A DNA stretch of 64,000 nucleotides, from contig CAWDDT010000011.1 in the NCBI GenBank assembly GCA_963801165.1, positions 62,383-126,382 on the forward strand. The letters are read 5' to 3'. A program made the position numbers and the translations under genes. Shown piece by piece: positions 41,281-50,505 of this stretch; the first letter of the stretch is position 1; the number at the start of each line of letters is the position of its first letter. The notes under the pieces were generated by a model. That model saw only the letters and a program-made list of their open reading frames with translations, made no database searches and had not been told where the DNA came from. The stretch is from an uncultured bacterium. GTDB lineage: Bacteria > Actinomycetota > Acidimicrobiia > Spongiisociales > UBA5794.

Positions 41281-41814
41281 ATGAGCGACACCATGATCAG
41301 CCGTGCCGCCGAGACCTCGAGCCCCCCGGGGAACCATCCCTCCGGAGACAACCGGTTCGAGCTCGTCGACAAGCACTTGAAGCGCGGTCATTACGCCCAG
41401 GACCAACTGATCGAGACGCTGCATGTTGCCCAGGACGTTTTTGGCTATCTCTCCGAGGACCTACTCATCTACGTGGCAAGGGCGCTGCGACTCCCTCCGA
41501 GCATGGTCTACGGCGTGGCGACTTTCTACGAGCTGTTCACCTTCGAGCCGCCCGGCGACCACACGTGCACCGTGTGCACCGGGACTGCCTGCTACGTCAA
41601 GGGTGCAGACGACATCGTCCGCGGTATCAGTGAGAGATACGACGTGCCGGCCGGTGCGACCTCTGCCGATCGCAGCCTCACCCTGAAGACGGCCCGCTGC
41701 CTCGGCTCATGCGGTCTGGCGCCGGTCGTCGTCCTCGACGGCGACGTGATGAGCCATCAGACGGTCGAGGCGACCCTGGCCCGCGTTACCGGAGCCGTGG
41801 GAGGTGGCAGCTGA
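41281..41814 (+). CDS. hoxE: Bidirectional [NiFe] hydrogenase diaphorase subunit HoxE (NuoE-like 2Fe-2S)
   Basis: [23 protein letters not shown], the [13 protein letters not shown]...[10 protein letters not shown] Cys pattern. Confidence 0.88.
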   Translation: MSDTMISRAAETSSPPGNHPSGDNRFELVDKHLKRGHYAQDQLIETLHVAQDVFGYLSEDLLIYVARALRLPPSMVYGVATFYELFTFEPPGDHTCTVCTGTACYVKGADDIVRGISERYDVPAGATSADRSLTLKTARCLGSCGLAPVVVLDGDVMSHQTVEATLARVTGAVGGGS

Positions 41815-43442
41815 TGGCCGCACCCATCGACCTTCACGAAGTAGCCGAAAGGGAACGCGAGGCTCGCTTCCGGACCCGTTGGCGTGTCAAAGCCTGTACC
41901 AGCACCGCATGTCTCTCGGCGGGAGCAGGCGCCGCCGTCGCCGCCATGCAGAAAGAATGTGAGAACGAAGACATGGCGCTCGAGGCCCAGGTCGTCCCGA
42001 CGGGATGCATGGGTCTGTGCAGTGCCGGACCGCTCGTCAAGGTGCTCCGGCGCGGTGGCGACACCTACATGTACCAGAAGGTGACACCGGAAGCCGGGAT
42101 CGAGATCATCCGCAGCCACGTCGAGAACGAGGCGAGCGTGCCGCAATACGAGCTCGACGCCACCATCCCGTTCTTCACGAGCCAGCAGCGTGTCGTCCTC
42201 GCCAACGGTGGGGTGATCGACCCGGATCGCATCGAATCCTACGTTCTGCATGGCGGTTATCTGGCCCTCGAGAAGGCGCTGACCACGATGACACCGAAGC
42301 AGGTCATCGACGAGATGCGCGTATCCGGGATCCGCGGTCGCGGCGGAGCCGGCTACCCGGCGGCGAGCAAATGGGCGTTGCTTGCCGCAGCCGACAGCGA
42401 CACCAAGTATGTGGTCGCTAACGGCGACGAGGGCGACCCCGGTGCCTACATGGACCGCACCATCATGGAGGACGACCCGCACCGGGTCCTCGAGGGCATC
42501 ACCATCGCCGCCTATGCGACCGGCGCCGACAACGCGTACATCTACGTGAGGGCCGAGTATCCCCGGGCGATCGAACGGCTCGACAGAGCGATCAGGGTTG
42601 CCCGGCGCAACCGGCTCCTCGGACGCAACATCCTCGACACCGATTTCAGCCTCAATGTCGAGGTCCGCATCGGTGCCGGGGCATTCGTCTGCGGCGAGGA
42701 GACGGCGCTGATGGCGTCGATCGAGGGCAAGCGGGGCATGCCCCGGTTGCGACCCCCTTACCCGACCGAAGCCGGGCTGTGGGGTCATCCCACGATGATC
42801 AACAACGTCGAGACCCTGGCAAACGTCGCCCCGATCATCAACAACGGGGGCAAGTGGTTCGCCTCGATCGGAACCGAGAAGAGCACAGGCACCAAGGTGT
42901 TCGCCCTCGCAGGCGACATCGTCAACACGGGGCTCATCGAGGTACCGATGGGAACACCGCTGCGCACGATCATCGAGGACATCGGCGGCGGCATCGCCGA
43001 CGGGAAAGGCTTCAAAGCGGCACAGACCGGTGGACCTTCCGGCGGCTGCATCCCGGCCAAGTTCCTCGACACACCCGTCGACTATGAGAGCCTGCGTGAG
43101 CTCGGCTCGATCATGGGCTCCGGCGGTCTCGTCGTCATGGACGAAGAGGTCAGCATGCCCGACGTCGCCAAGTTCTTCATGCAGTTCTCCATGGATGAGA
43201 GCTGCGGCAAGTGCACCCCGTGCCGTGCGGGTACCGTGCAGATGCACAACCTGCTCCAGAAGATCACCGACGGCAGGGGCACCAAACAAGATCTGCGAGA
43301 TCTCGAGCACCTGTGCACAGTGGTCAGAGACAGCAGCCTGTGCGGTCTGGGACAGGCGGCGCCGAACCCGGTGCTCAGCACCCTGGCCTACTTCCGCGAC
43401 GAGTACACCGAACTGGTGGGAGCGGAGGTGACCCATGCCTAA
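41814..43442 (+). CDS. hoxF: Diaphorase subunit HoxF (NuoF-like, NAD(P)H/FMN-binding)
   Basis: ATG overlaps the hoxE TGA. N-terminal thioredoxin-like 2Fe-2S ([10 protein letters not shown]...[10 protein letters not shown]), [37 protein letters not shown]. Confidence 0.9.
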   Translation: MAAPIDLHEVAEREREARFRTRWRVKACTSTACLSAGAGAAVAAMQKECENEDMALEAQVVPTGCMGLCSAGPLVKVLRRGGDTYMYQKVTPEAGIEIIRSHVENEASVPQYELDATIPFFTSQQRVVLANGGVIDPDRIESYVLHGGYLALEKALTTMTPKQVIDEMRVSGIRGRGGAGYPAASKWALLAAADSDTKYVVANGDEGDPGAYMDRTIMEDDPHRVLEGITIAAYATGADNAYIYVRAEYPRAIERLDRAIRVARRNRLLGRNILDTDFSLNVEVRIGAGAFVCGEETALMASIEGKRGMPRLRPPYPTEAGLWGHPTMINNVETLANVAPIINNGGKWFASIGTEKSTGTKVFALAGDIVNTGLIEVPMGTPLRTIIEDIGGGIADGKGFKAAQTGGPSGGCIPAKFLDTPVDYESLRELGSIMGSGGLVVMDEEVSMPDVAKFFMQFSMDESCGKCTPCRAGTVQMHNLLQKITDGRGTKQDLRDLEHLCTVVRDSSLCGLGQAAPNPVLSTLAYFRDEYTELVGAEVTHA

Positions 43443-44181
43443 CGGCCGTCACGAGACAATCACCGTTGCCTTCGACGGGGTCGAATACGAAGGATACGCG
43501 GGCGAGTCGATCCTCGAGTGCGCCCGCCGGGTCGGTGTCAACATCCCGTCGTTGTGTTTCCTCGAGGGTCTGTCGGTGTGGGGCGGCTGCCGCATCTGTG
43601 TGGTCGAGATAGCCGAGGATCATCGGCTCCGACCGGCCTGCGCCACGAATCTCGTCGCCGACATGGAGATCAAGACCGACACGCCGCGGCTCAGGGCGTA
43701 TCGCAAGACGATTCTCGAGTTGCTGTTCGCCGAAGGCAATCATGTGTGTGCGGTATGCGTCTCCAACGGAGCCTGCGAACTGCAGGACATGGCCGTGATG
43801 ACGGGAATGGACCATGTCGGATACGAATACCAGGCACCGTACCGGGCCATCGATGCCAGCCACCCCAAATACGTCTTCGACGCGAACCGGTGCATCCTAT
43901 GTACGCGCTGCGTCCGGGTGTGCGACGAGATCGAGGGTGCCCACGTCTGGGATGTCAGCTACCGGGGCAACCAGGCCACGCTCATCACCGAGCTCAACAA
44001 GCCGTGGGGCGAATCGTTCTCATGCACCTGGTGCGGAAAGTGCGTCGCCGTGTGCCCGACCGGGGCTCTGTTCTACCAGGGTCGCTCCGTCGGTGAGATG
44101 GTGCACGACCCGGCCATGATCCAGCGGCTCGCCGTTGCTCGCAACCGCCACGAATGGCTCTACCCCGAGGAGACAAAGTGA
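43435..44181 (+). CDS. hoxU: Diaphorase Fe-S subunit HoxU (NuoG N-terminal-like)
   Basis: [77 protein letters not shown]. Confidence 0.9.
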   Translation: MPNGRHETITVAFDGVEYEGYAGESILECARRVGVNIPSLCFLEGLSVWGGCRICVVEIAEDHRLRPACATNLVADMEIKTDTPRLRAYRKTILELLFAEGNHVCAVCVSNGACELQDMAVMTGMDHVGYEYQAPYRAIDASHPKYVFDANRCILCTRCVRVCDEIEGAHVWDVSYRGNQATLITELNKPWGESFSCTWCGKCVAVCPTGALFYQGRSVGEMVHDPAMIQRLAVARNRHEWLYPEETK

Positions 44182-44720
44182 CACGCGCAAGAATCGCCAC
44201 CGCATGGCTGGGCGGATGCTCGGGCTGCCACATGTCGTTCCTCGACATGGACGAGTGGCTGTTCGAGCTGGCCGAGGTCGCCGACATCGTCTACAGCCCG
44301 CTGGCCGACGTCAAGAAGTTTCCCGAAGACGTCGACGTAACCTTCGTCGAAGGCGCCCTGGCCAACGAGGACAACCTCGAGCTCGCTCTCGAGATCCGCC
44401 AGAAATCGCGGCTGGTCGTTTCGTTCGGGGACTGCGCCGTTACCGGTAACGTCACCGCCATGCGGAACCCGCTCGGGGATCCGATCGAGATCATCAAGGC
44501 CGTGTACGTCGAGGCTCCGGACCGCGATGGTCAGATCCCGCAAAAGCCGGGCATCGTCCCCAACTTGTTGCCCAGGGTCCTTCCCCTGCATCAGGGGATT
44601 CGGGTCGACGCCTATCTCCCCGGCTGTCCCCCGCCTGCCGCCAGAATCCAGGCGGCCCTGGAGGCCCTTCTCGAGGGCACCCTTCCCCCGAATCGGGGCG
44701 AAGCCATTCGATTCGGCTGA
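44178..44720 (+). CDS. hoxY: [NiFe] hydrogenase small subunit HoxY
   Basis: GTG overlaps the hoxU TGA, with GAGGAG upstream. [34 protein letters not shown]. Confidence 0.88.
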   Translation: MTRARIATAWLGGCSGCHMSFLDMDEWLFELAEVADIVYSPLADVKKFPEDVDVTFVEGALANEDNLELALEIRQKSRLVVSFGDCAVTGNVTAMRNPLGDPIEIIKAVYVEAPDRDGQIPQKPGIVPNLLPRVLPLHQGIRVDAYLPGCPPPAARIQAALEALLEGTLPPNRGEAIRFG

Positions 44721-44729
44721 GGTGGAACT

Positions 44730-46169
44730 ATGAGCAATACCGTAATCATTGACCCGGTGACCCGAATCGAGGGTCACGCTAAGATCGCCATCGAGCTCGA
44801 CGAGGCCGGGGCGGTCGATAGCGTCCGCTTTTCGGTGACCGAGTTCCGCGGCTTCGAGGAGTTCTGCAAGGGCCGGCTGGTCTGGGAGATGCCCAGCCTG
44901 ACCGCTCGCACCTGCGGGATCTGCCCTGTCAGCCATCTCCTCGCCTCCGCCAAGGCAGGCGACGCGGTCATGGGGGTGCGGATCCCCGACACCGCGGTGA
45001 TGCTGCGCCGGGTGGCCAACCTCGGCCAGATCATCCAGAGCCATGCGCTGAGCTTCTTCCATCTCAGCTCACCGGACATGCTCCTCGGCTTCGACCACGA
45101 TCCGGCCACCCGGAACGTATTCGGGCTGATGAGCGCCGAGCCGGAGTTGGCGCGTCGGGGAATCCGGCTGCGCAGCTTCGGGCAGGGTGTCATCGAGGCC
45201 ATCGCCGGCCGCAAGGTGCACGCCCCCGGCATCGTTCCCGGCGGGATCGCCGCCCCGATGACCGCCGAGACCAGGGACCGGCTGCTAGAGGGGCTCGCCG
45301 AAGCCCACCAGACCGCCCAGGACGCGCTCGGCATCTTCATCGGAATGCTGGGCAAGTTCGAGCGGGAGATCAACAACTTCGGCACGTTCCCCAGCCTGCA
45401 CCTCGGTCTCGCCAACGCTGCCGGCACCTGGGAGAACTACGACGGCCACCTCAGGTTTGTCGACGCCGAGGGCAACACCGTCGCCGACAACATCGACCCC
45501 GCCGACTACAGGGAGTACATCGGCGAGGCGACCCGACGCGACTCCTATCTGAAGTCGCCGTACTTCAAGCCGCTGGTCCCCCCGGGCGAGGATATCAACA
45601 AAGGCATCTACCGGGTGGGGCCGCTGGCGCGGCTCAACGTGTGCCAGACGATGGGGGCGCCGCTCGCCGACGAGGCGCTCGTGGATTACCGGGAGCGGGC
45701 AGGCGGAACGGCGAACTCGTCGTTCTTCTATCACTACGCCCGACTCATCGAGATCCTGGCGTCGACCGAGCTGATGCGGGAGTTCCTCGAGAACGATGCA
45801 ATCCTCGACCCGATGGTGCGGGCGACGGCCGGCATCAACCATCACCGGGCGGTGGGAGCCTCCGAGGCTCCGCGAGGCACGTTGTTCCACGACTACACGG
45901 TGGACGCCAAGGGCGTGCTCGAGAACGTCAACATGATCATCGCCACCGGGCAGAACAACCTGCCGATGAACGCAACGGTGCTCCAGATCGCCAGGGAGTG
46001 GATCGACGGCCCGGAGATCCCCGAGCAGGTGCTGAACCGCATCGAGGCGGGAATCAGGGCGTTCGACCCCTGTCTCAGCTGCTCGACACATGCGGTCGGC
46101 AAGATGCCGCTCGATGTGACGATGCTCGATCATGAGGGCACTGTGGTGTCCTCGGTGAGGCGGGGCTGA
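44730..46169 (+). CDS. hoxH: [NiFe] hydrogenase large subunit HoxH (group 3d-like)
   Basis: RIEGHAKI, RTCGICPVSH and C-terminal DPCLSCSTH followed by a 25-aa extension, which is the substrate for the endopeptidase. Confidence 0.92.
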   Translation: MSNTVIIDPVTRIEGHAKIAIELDEAGAVDSVRFSVTEFRGFEEFCKGRLVWEMPSLTARTCGICPVSHLLASAKAGDAVMGVRIPDTAVMLRRVANLGQIIQSHALSFFHLSSPDMLLGFDHDPATRNVFGLMSAEPELARRGIRLRSFGQGVIEAIAGRKVHAPGIVPGGIAAPMTAETRDRLLEGLAEAHQTAQDALGIFIGMLGKFEREINNFGTFPSLHLGLANAAGTWENYDGHLRFVDAEGNTVADNIDPADYREYIGEATRRDSYLKSPYFKPLVPPGEDINKGIYRVGPLARLNVCQTMGAPLADEALVDYRERAGGTANSSFFYHYARLIEILASTELMREFLENDAILDPMVRATAGINHHRAVGASEAPRGTLFHDYTVDAKGVLENVNMIIATGQNNLPMNATVLQIAREWIDGPEIPEQVLNRIEAGIRAFDPCLSCSTHAVGKMPLDVTMLDHEGTVVSSVRRG

Positions 46170-46172
46170 CAG

Positions 46173-46616
46173 TTGGGCTTGCTGATCATCGGTTACGGCA
46201 ACGACCTGCGGTGCGACGACGGCGCAGGTCGGGCTGTGGCCGATCGGATCGAGGCGATGGCCCTTCCCGGTGTTGAGGTTCGCTCAGTGCAACAGCTCGC
46301 CCCCGAGCTGACGCTCGACATCGCGTGTGCCGACACGGTTGTCTTCGTCGACGCCAGCATCGACGTGGCGGAGACGACCATGGTACCGGCGGTGCCCGAG
46401 CCGGTCTCAGCCTCGGCGACGACCCACTACAACACTCCGGGCTCGCTACTGGCGCTGACCGAGACCGTCGGCCGGGCGCCCGAGCACGCCGTCACCATCT
46501 CGATACCGGTCACCGAGCTCTGTCTCGGTATGGAGCTCACCCCGATGACAGAGCTGGCCGTCGCAGACGCCATCACCATGGTCCTCGACATCGTCACCCA
46601 CGGCGCCCGCTTCTAG
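46173..46616 (+). CDS. hoxW: Hydrogenase maturation endopeptidase
   Basis: TTG start. LLIIGYGNDLRCDDGAGRAVADRI is a HycI/HoxW-type motif. Confidence 0.8.
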   Translation: MGLLIIGYGNDLRCDDGAGRAVADRIEAMALPGVEVRSVQQLAPELTLDIACADTVVFVDASIDVAETTMVPAVPEPVSASATTHYNTPGSLLALTETVGRAPEHAVTISIPVTELCLGMELTPMTELAVADAITMVLDIVTHGARF

Positions 46617-46677
46617 CGTCCACCACGCCTACATGTCGGCACCGGATTAACACGAACGCGAAGCCGCAGACTCGGTT

Positions 46678-47676
46678 CTAGATGGCGGCGAGACCAGTCG
46701 CTTTGCGGACGATCTGCTGGTAGCCCTCGGCCTTGGTGCGGGCATCGAGAGCACCGCGACGCATTATCCGGGCAACTTCGGCATCGTCGAGGTTCTGGTA
46801 TGCGCTGCGGACGGGTGCCAGCTCGGTGATCACCGCTTCGGCGACCACCTCCTTGAACTTCCCGTAGCCACCGTCGGCGTATTCGTCGACGAGCTCGTCG
46901 ATCGAGCGACCGGTGCAGCCCGCCATGATCTCGAGCAGATTCGAGATACCGGGCTTGCTCTCCGGGTCGTAGCGAACCACGGGATCGGAGTCGGTCACGG
47001 CCGACTTGATCTTCTTCCGCACGATGTCCGGGGAGTCGAGAATGAGAACGAAGCTCTTCTCGTTCGGATCGGTTTTCGACATTTTCGCCGTCGGATCGGT
47101 GAGCGACATCACCCGCGCCGATGTCTCGGGGATCAAGGCATCGGGGATCGGGAACACCTCGCCGAACCGATTGTTGAACCGCTCGGCGAGATCCCGCGTC
47201 ATCTCGAGATGCTGCCGCTGGTCGTCACCGATCGGCACCAGGTTGGCGTGATACAGCAGGATGTCCGCCGCCATCAGCACCGGGTATGCATACAAGCCCA
47301 GATTGGCCGCATGCCCCTTGGCGAGCTTGTCCTTGTACTGGGTCATCCGGTTGAGGATGCCGGTCGGCGTCATGGACCCGAGGATCCACGCCAGCTCGCT
47401 GTGCTGGGGGACCTGGCTCTGGAAGTAGAACAGCGATCGATCGGGGTCGATGCCACACGCCATCAACACCTTGGCGGCCTCTAGTCGATCCTCGGCAAAC
47501 TGCTTCGGGTCGTACTCGACTGTTATCGCATGCAGATCGACGACGCAATAGACACAGTCGTACGAATCCTGCAGCTTCACCCAGTTGCGCAACGCCCCCA
47601 GGTAGTTGCCTAGATGGACGTTCCCGGTGGGTTGCAGCCCGGAAAAGACTCGCTGCCTGTCCAGTTGCCTATCCAA
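46678..47676 (-). CDS. trpS: Tryptophan--tRNA ligase
   Basis: VFSGLQPTGNVHLGNYLGAL (HIGH-type) and KMSKTD (KMSKS). TTG start with GAGAGGA 7 nt upstream. Confidence 0.92.
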   Translation of the reverse strand: MDRQLDRQRVFSGLQPTGNVHLGNYLGALRNWVKLQDSYDCVYCVVDLHAITVEYDPKQFAEDRLEAAKVLMACGIDPDRSLFYFQSQVPQHSELAWILGSMTPTGILNRMTQYKDKLAKGHAANLGLYAYPVLMAADILLYHANLVPIGDDQRQHLEMTRDLAERFNNRFGEVFPIPDALIPETSARVMSLTDPTAKMSKTDPNEKSFVLILDSPDIVRKKIKSAVTDSDPVVRYDPESKPGISNLLEIMAGCTGRSIDELVDEYADGGYGKFKEVVAEAVITELAPVRSAYQNLDDAEVARIMRRGALDARTKAEGYQQIVRKATGLAAI

Positions 47677-47693
47677 TTGTCGATCCTCTCGTG

Positions 47694-47721
47694 AAAAAAC
47701 GCCGGGGCGGGGCCTCCGGCG
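47694..47721 (-). terminator. Intrinsic-terminator-like hairpin + U6 in the trpS leader (attenuator)
   Basis: The minus strand reads CGCCGGAGGCCCCGCCCCGGCG TTTTTT, a GC-rich stem of about 9 bp, ending 18 nt before the trpS start. No upstream minus-strand gene exists for it to terminate. Confidence 0.65.
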
Positions 47722-47746
47722 TATCGGTCCTGGCGCGCGAAGGCAG

Positions 47747-47785
47747 CTATCTCTGCGAGCACCACCAGTAGAGCGTCGATGTCAT
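47747..47785 (-). CDS. trpS leader peptide MTSTLYWWCSQR (tandem Trp codons)
   Basis: ATG ACA TCG ACG CTC TAC TGG TGG TGC TCG CAG AGA TAG read on the minus strand. It lies 26 nt upstream of the terminator hairpin, with purine-rich GGAAGGTAGG upstream. Confidence 0.6.
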   Translation of the reverse strand: MTSTLYWWCSQR

Positions 47786-47893
47786 CGGCGCAAGCCTACC
47801 TTCCCCGCCGGTTGCAGCCAATCCCGCGTCCCAATCCGACAACCCGCACGGCAGAGTAAGCAGTGGACACCCCCATGTGCGTTGAGGCGATGT

Positions 47894-48433
47894 ATGACGG
47901 TGAAACGGAATCCGGGGAAGGCTTCGGCGGCATCACGTGACATTCCGGTGATAGCCGCGGTCGAGGAGTTCGACCGTTTCTATGCACGCGAGCTGCCCGG
48001 CGTCCTGGCCTTGTGTTATGCGGTCATCCGGCGTAGGCAACACGCCGAGGAAGTGGCTCAGGAGGCGTTCTATCGCGCCTATCGCGATTGGCAGCACATC
48101 GGCCGGCTCGACCACCGCGCCGCCTGGATCCGACGGGTCGCCCTCAATCTGAGCTATTCACGTCTCCGGCGCTGGCGGGCCGAGGCCCGCGCCCTGGTCC
48201 GTCTCGGACCGGCGGTGGCAGCTCCGGAGATAACACCCGAGACGGAGTCCTGCTGGGAGCACGTGCGCGCCCTGCCACCCCGGCAGGCGCAGGTGATTGC
48301 CCTCGCCATTCTGGAAGACCGCTCCACCGCCGACATTGCCGAGATACTCGGGATCGAGGAGAGCACCGTACGGGTCCATCTCGCCCGCGGCAGGAAGAAG
48401 CTCGCCTCCGCCCTCGATGAGGAGCCGACATGA
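47894..48433 (+). CDS. ECF-type RNA polymerase sigma factor
   Basis: Region 2 (FDRFYARELPGVLALCYAVIRRRQHAEEVAQEAFYRAYRDW) and region 4 (LPPRQAQVIALAILEDRSTADIAEILGIEESTVRVHLARGRKKL). Confidence 0.85.
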   Translation: MTVKRNPGKASAASRDIPVIAAVEEFDRFYARELPGVLALCYAVIRRRQHAEEVAQEAFYRAYRDWQHIGRLDHRAAWIRRVALNLSYSRLRRWRAEARALVRLGPAVAAPEITPETESCWEHVRALPPRQAQVIALAILEDRSTADIAEILGIEESTVRVHLARGRKKLASALDEEPT

Positions 48434-50337
48434 ACCAGGAACCGATGAACCGCGCCGCCGATGAGCTACGGAACGTGGCACACACCGCGGCCCGTCGTCT
48501 CGACTTCGGTCGCTATTCCCGGGCGAGGCGTCGCCGCTCCACTGCAATGCTCACCCTCGCCGTAGCCGGGTTCGTGCTCCTTCTGATGTCGACTGCCCTG
48601 CTGACCCGGGTGGAGCCCGACGAGACCTCACCGATCACCCCATCGACGACCACTCCCACATCCACCACTGCACCGACCACGCTCGCCACCGAGCTTCCTG
48701 CGCTGCCGATCTTCGCCCCTGAGACACACCACTGGGGAACCAACACGGTCGTGCCGATCGGGTTCGTCGACGGCACCACGGCCGAGCTGTCCTACCCCGA
48801 TCAGTACGACTTCCTCAGCGACGGGATCGAGCTGCAAGGTGCTTTCGAGGACTCCGGCACGGGCCGAACCTTCACCATCCGCTACGGAACGATCGTCGAG
48901 AACGTGGCGAGACAACGAGCCGTTGCGGGGAGAGCCGAACGGCTGGCGACGTACCCCGACCCGCGGGGCGGAACCGCCGAGCTGTGGAGCTTCGCCCCCG
49001 ACGACACCGCCGACTACCTGTTCGTCTCGTTGGGGAACTGGACCCTACAGACGTGGGACTACCACGCCAATCGCAGTGACGCTCGGGACGAGACGCTGGC
49101 CGATTGGGTGCAGTCGCTCGGCGGCTACGTTGCCGACAACGGCTACCCGGTGCTCGCCGGTGACGGTCCGCTCGAGATCGTGCCGGTGCTCGGCGACAAG
49201 GGCGGCCCGGACGGGCCTGACCTCCGTTTGGACGGCGCCGACGGCACCATCATGTTGTATCCCGACCAGTGTCAGTACGTCACCGGCGATGGCTACAACA
49301 CCGCCAACGGTAGCCTCGAGTGGTGCGACGCCGCCACCAACACACGAGTCACTGTCTTTGGGAGCTCGAGCGTGGTCCACGATGTGATGGACAACATGGC
49401 AATCACCGGCGTGACCAACCGTACCTACGAAGCCACGCTGTCGCATACGCCCTACGTCGACGGCGGCGGTGAGTTCTGCAGTGGTGGCGACATGCCGGAG
49501 GGGTGGCGTGACCAAGCAACTCAGATCGGACCACTGTGGCTGTGGCCTCTCGGCTCAATCAACGGCGGCAATACGGTCAAGACGATCGGCAATCTCTACG
49601 GCGACGAGGCCGTGACGATTTCCGTTCCGCTCGGCTGGAGCAGCCAGGTATCGCACCTCTTCGATGCTTCGATCTGGAACTCGGGCGGCAACTACACCGT
49701 CGATCCCGACTACGGAGCGGTCACCTTCCTCCCGTGCGACGAGCCGCCCGGCCAGTTCGTCGGTGGCTTCGTGTTCGAGCCCGAGGCACGCTGCGCTCCG
49801 TTCGACGTCACGGGCGCGGTCGAGGGCATGTATACGGCCTCACTCGACGGCCAGCCCTGTGATTTCGCCTGGGCTCGCTACTCCGACTCGGACAAGGAGT
49901 TCACCATCACATACCCGTCCGACTGGTATGTCGCTCCAGAAACGCTCACCCCGGCGCTCGGCTTCCAGATGGTGATAGCCGTGTCCACCTTCGAAGCACC
50001 TGTCAGCGGGGACCGGTGCGCCCAGTTCTCCACCGCCGCCTTCGACGCCATCGACCCAACCGACGTACTGCTCACAATCCACGAGTTGGGCGCCGGCTAC
50101 GCCGACGGACCCCGCCCCGACGATTTCAGAAGCGGCGCCGAGTTTCTCCAGGGAGACTTCCAAGAGTGCATCAGCGACCCGGGACGGCTCCACGGCGGCG
50201 AGTTCCGCTACATCGACAACGGGAGGACGTTCGACGCCATCCTGGCGATGGGACAAGACGTGTCGGCTGAGGACGAAGACGCGGCCTGGGCCATGCTGAC
50301 CAGCTTCATCCCTGTGGCTCTGGCGCCTACTCCGTAG
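48430..50337 (+). CDS. Single-pass membrane protein coupled to ECF sigma (putative anti-sigma) with large extracytoplasmic domain
   Basis: ATGA overlap with the sigma gene. A short cytoplasmic N-terminus, TM MLTLAVAGFVLLLMSTALL, a Thr/Pro linker, then about 540 aa with no motif I recognise. Confidence 0.6.
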   Translation: MNQEPMNRAADELRNVAHTAARRLDFGRYSRARRRRSTAMLTLAVAGFVLLLMSTALLTRVEPDETSPITPSTTTPTSTTAPTTLATELPALPIFAPETHHWGTNTVVPIGFVDGTTAELSYPDQYDFLSDGIELQGAFEDSGTGRTFTIRYGTIVENVARQRAVAGRAERLATYPDPRGGTAELWSFAPDDTADYLFVSLGNWTLQTWDYHANRSDARDETLADWVQSLGGYVADNGYPVLAGDGPLEIVPVLGDKGGPDGPDLRLDGADGTIMLYPDQCQYVTGDGYNTANGSLEWCDAATNTRVTVFGSSSVVHDVMDNMAITGVTNRTYEATLSHTPYVDGGGEFCSGGDMPEGWRDQATQIGPLWLWPLGSINGGNTVKTIGNLYGDEAVTISVPLGWSSQVSHLFDASIWNSGGNYTVDPDYGAVTFLPCDEPPGQFVGGFVFEPEARCAPFDVTGAVEGMYTASLDGQPCDFAWARYSDSDKEFTITYPSDWYVAPETLTPALGFQMVIAVSTFEAPVSGDRCAQFSTAAFDAIDPTDVLLTIHELGAGYADGPRPDDFRSGAEFLQGDFQECISDPGRLHGGEFRYIDNGRTFDAILAMGQDVSAEDEDAAWAMLTSFIPVALAPTP

Positions 50338-50392
50338 CAGATACTGGGGCCAGGCTTGACCTGACAGCGGTTCTGTTCCATACTCAGCGACC

Positions 50393-50422
50393 ATGAACCA
50401 CCTGTTCATCATCATTAGTTAG
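50393..50422 (+). CDS. cimA leader peptide MNHLFIIIS (three consecutive Ile codons)
   Basis: ATG AAC CAC CTG TTC ATC ATC ATT AGT TAG read directly in an AT-rich patch of a GC-rich intergenic region. The terminator hairpin starts 40 nt downstream. There is no clear SD. Confidence 0.55.
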   Translation: MNHLFIIIS

Positions 50423-50461
50423 GCGCCGCGCCCCACCAGACGGGCGTGTGCGCCCCTGCAA

Positions 50462-50487
50462 CCCTCCGCAAGCTGCGGGGGGTTTTT
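50462..50487 (+). terminator. Intrinsic-terminator-like hairpin + U5 immediately upstream of cimA (attenuator)
   Basis: CCCTCCGCA-AGC-TGCGGGGGG (9 bp including one G-U pair) followed by TTTTT, ending 18 nt before the cimA ATG and its GGGAGA SD. Confidence 0.65.
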
Positions 50488-50505
50488 CGTACCCGGGAGA
50501 ACCCA

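Noticed and set aside
41757-43436. 559-aa minus-strand ORF, along with the 44160..45062 and 45285..46133 minus-strand ORFs.
   Set aside because: They are antisense to hoxF, hoxY and hoxH, all of which show intact cofactor-binding motifs.
47755-47768. T-box riboswitch upstream of trpS, based on UGGUGGUGCUCGC resembling the T-box GGUGGUACCGCG core.
   Set aside because: Only about 8 of 14 positions match, and I could not identify a convincing Stem I or specifier loop. The UGGUGG is explained better as two Trp codons of a 12-codon leader ORF with its own start and stop.
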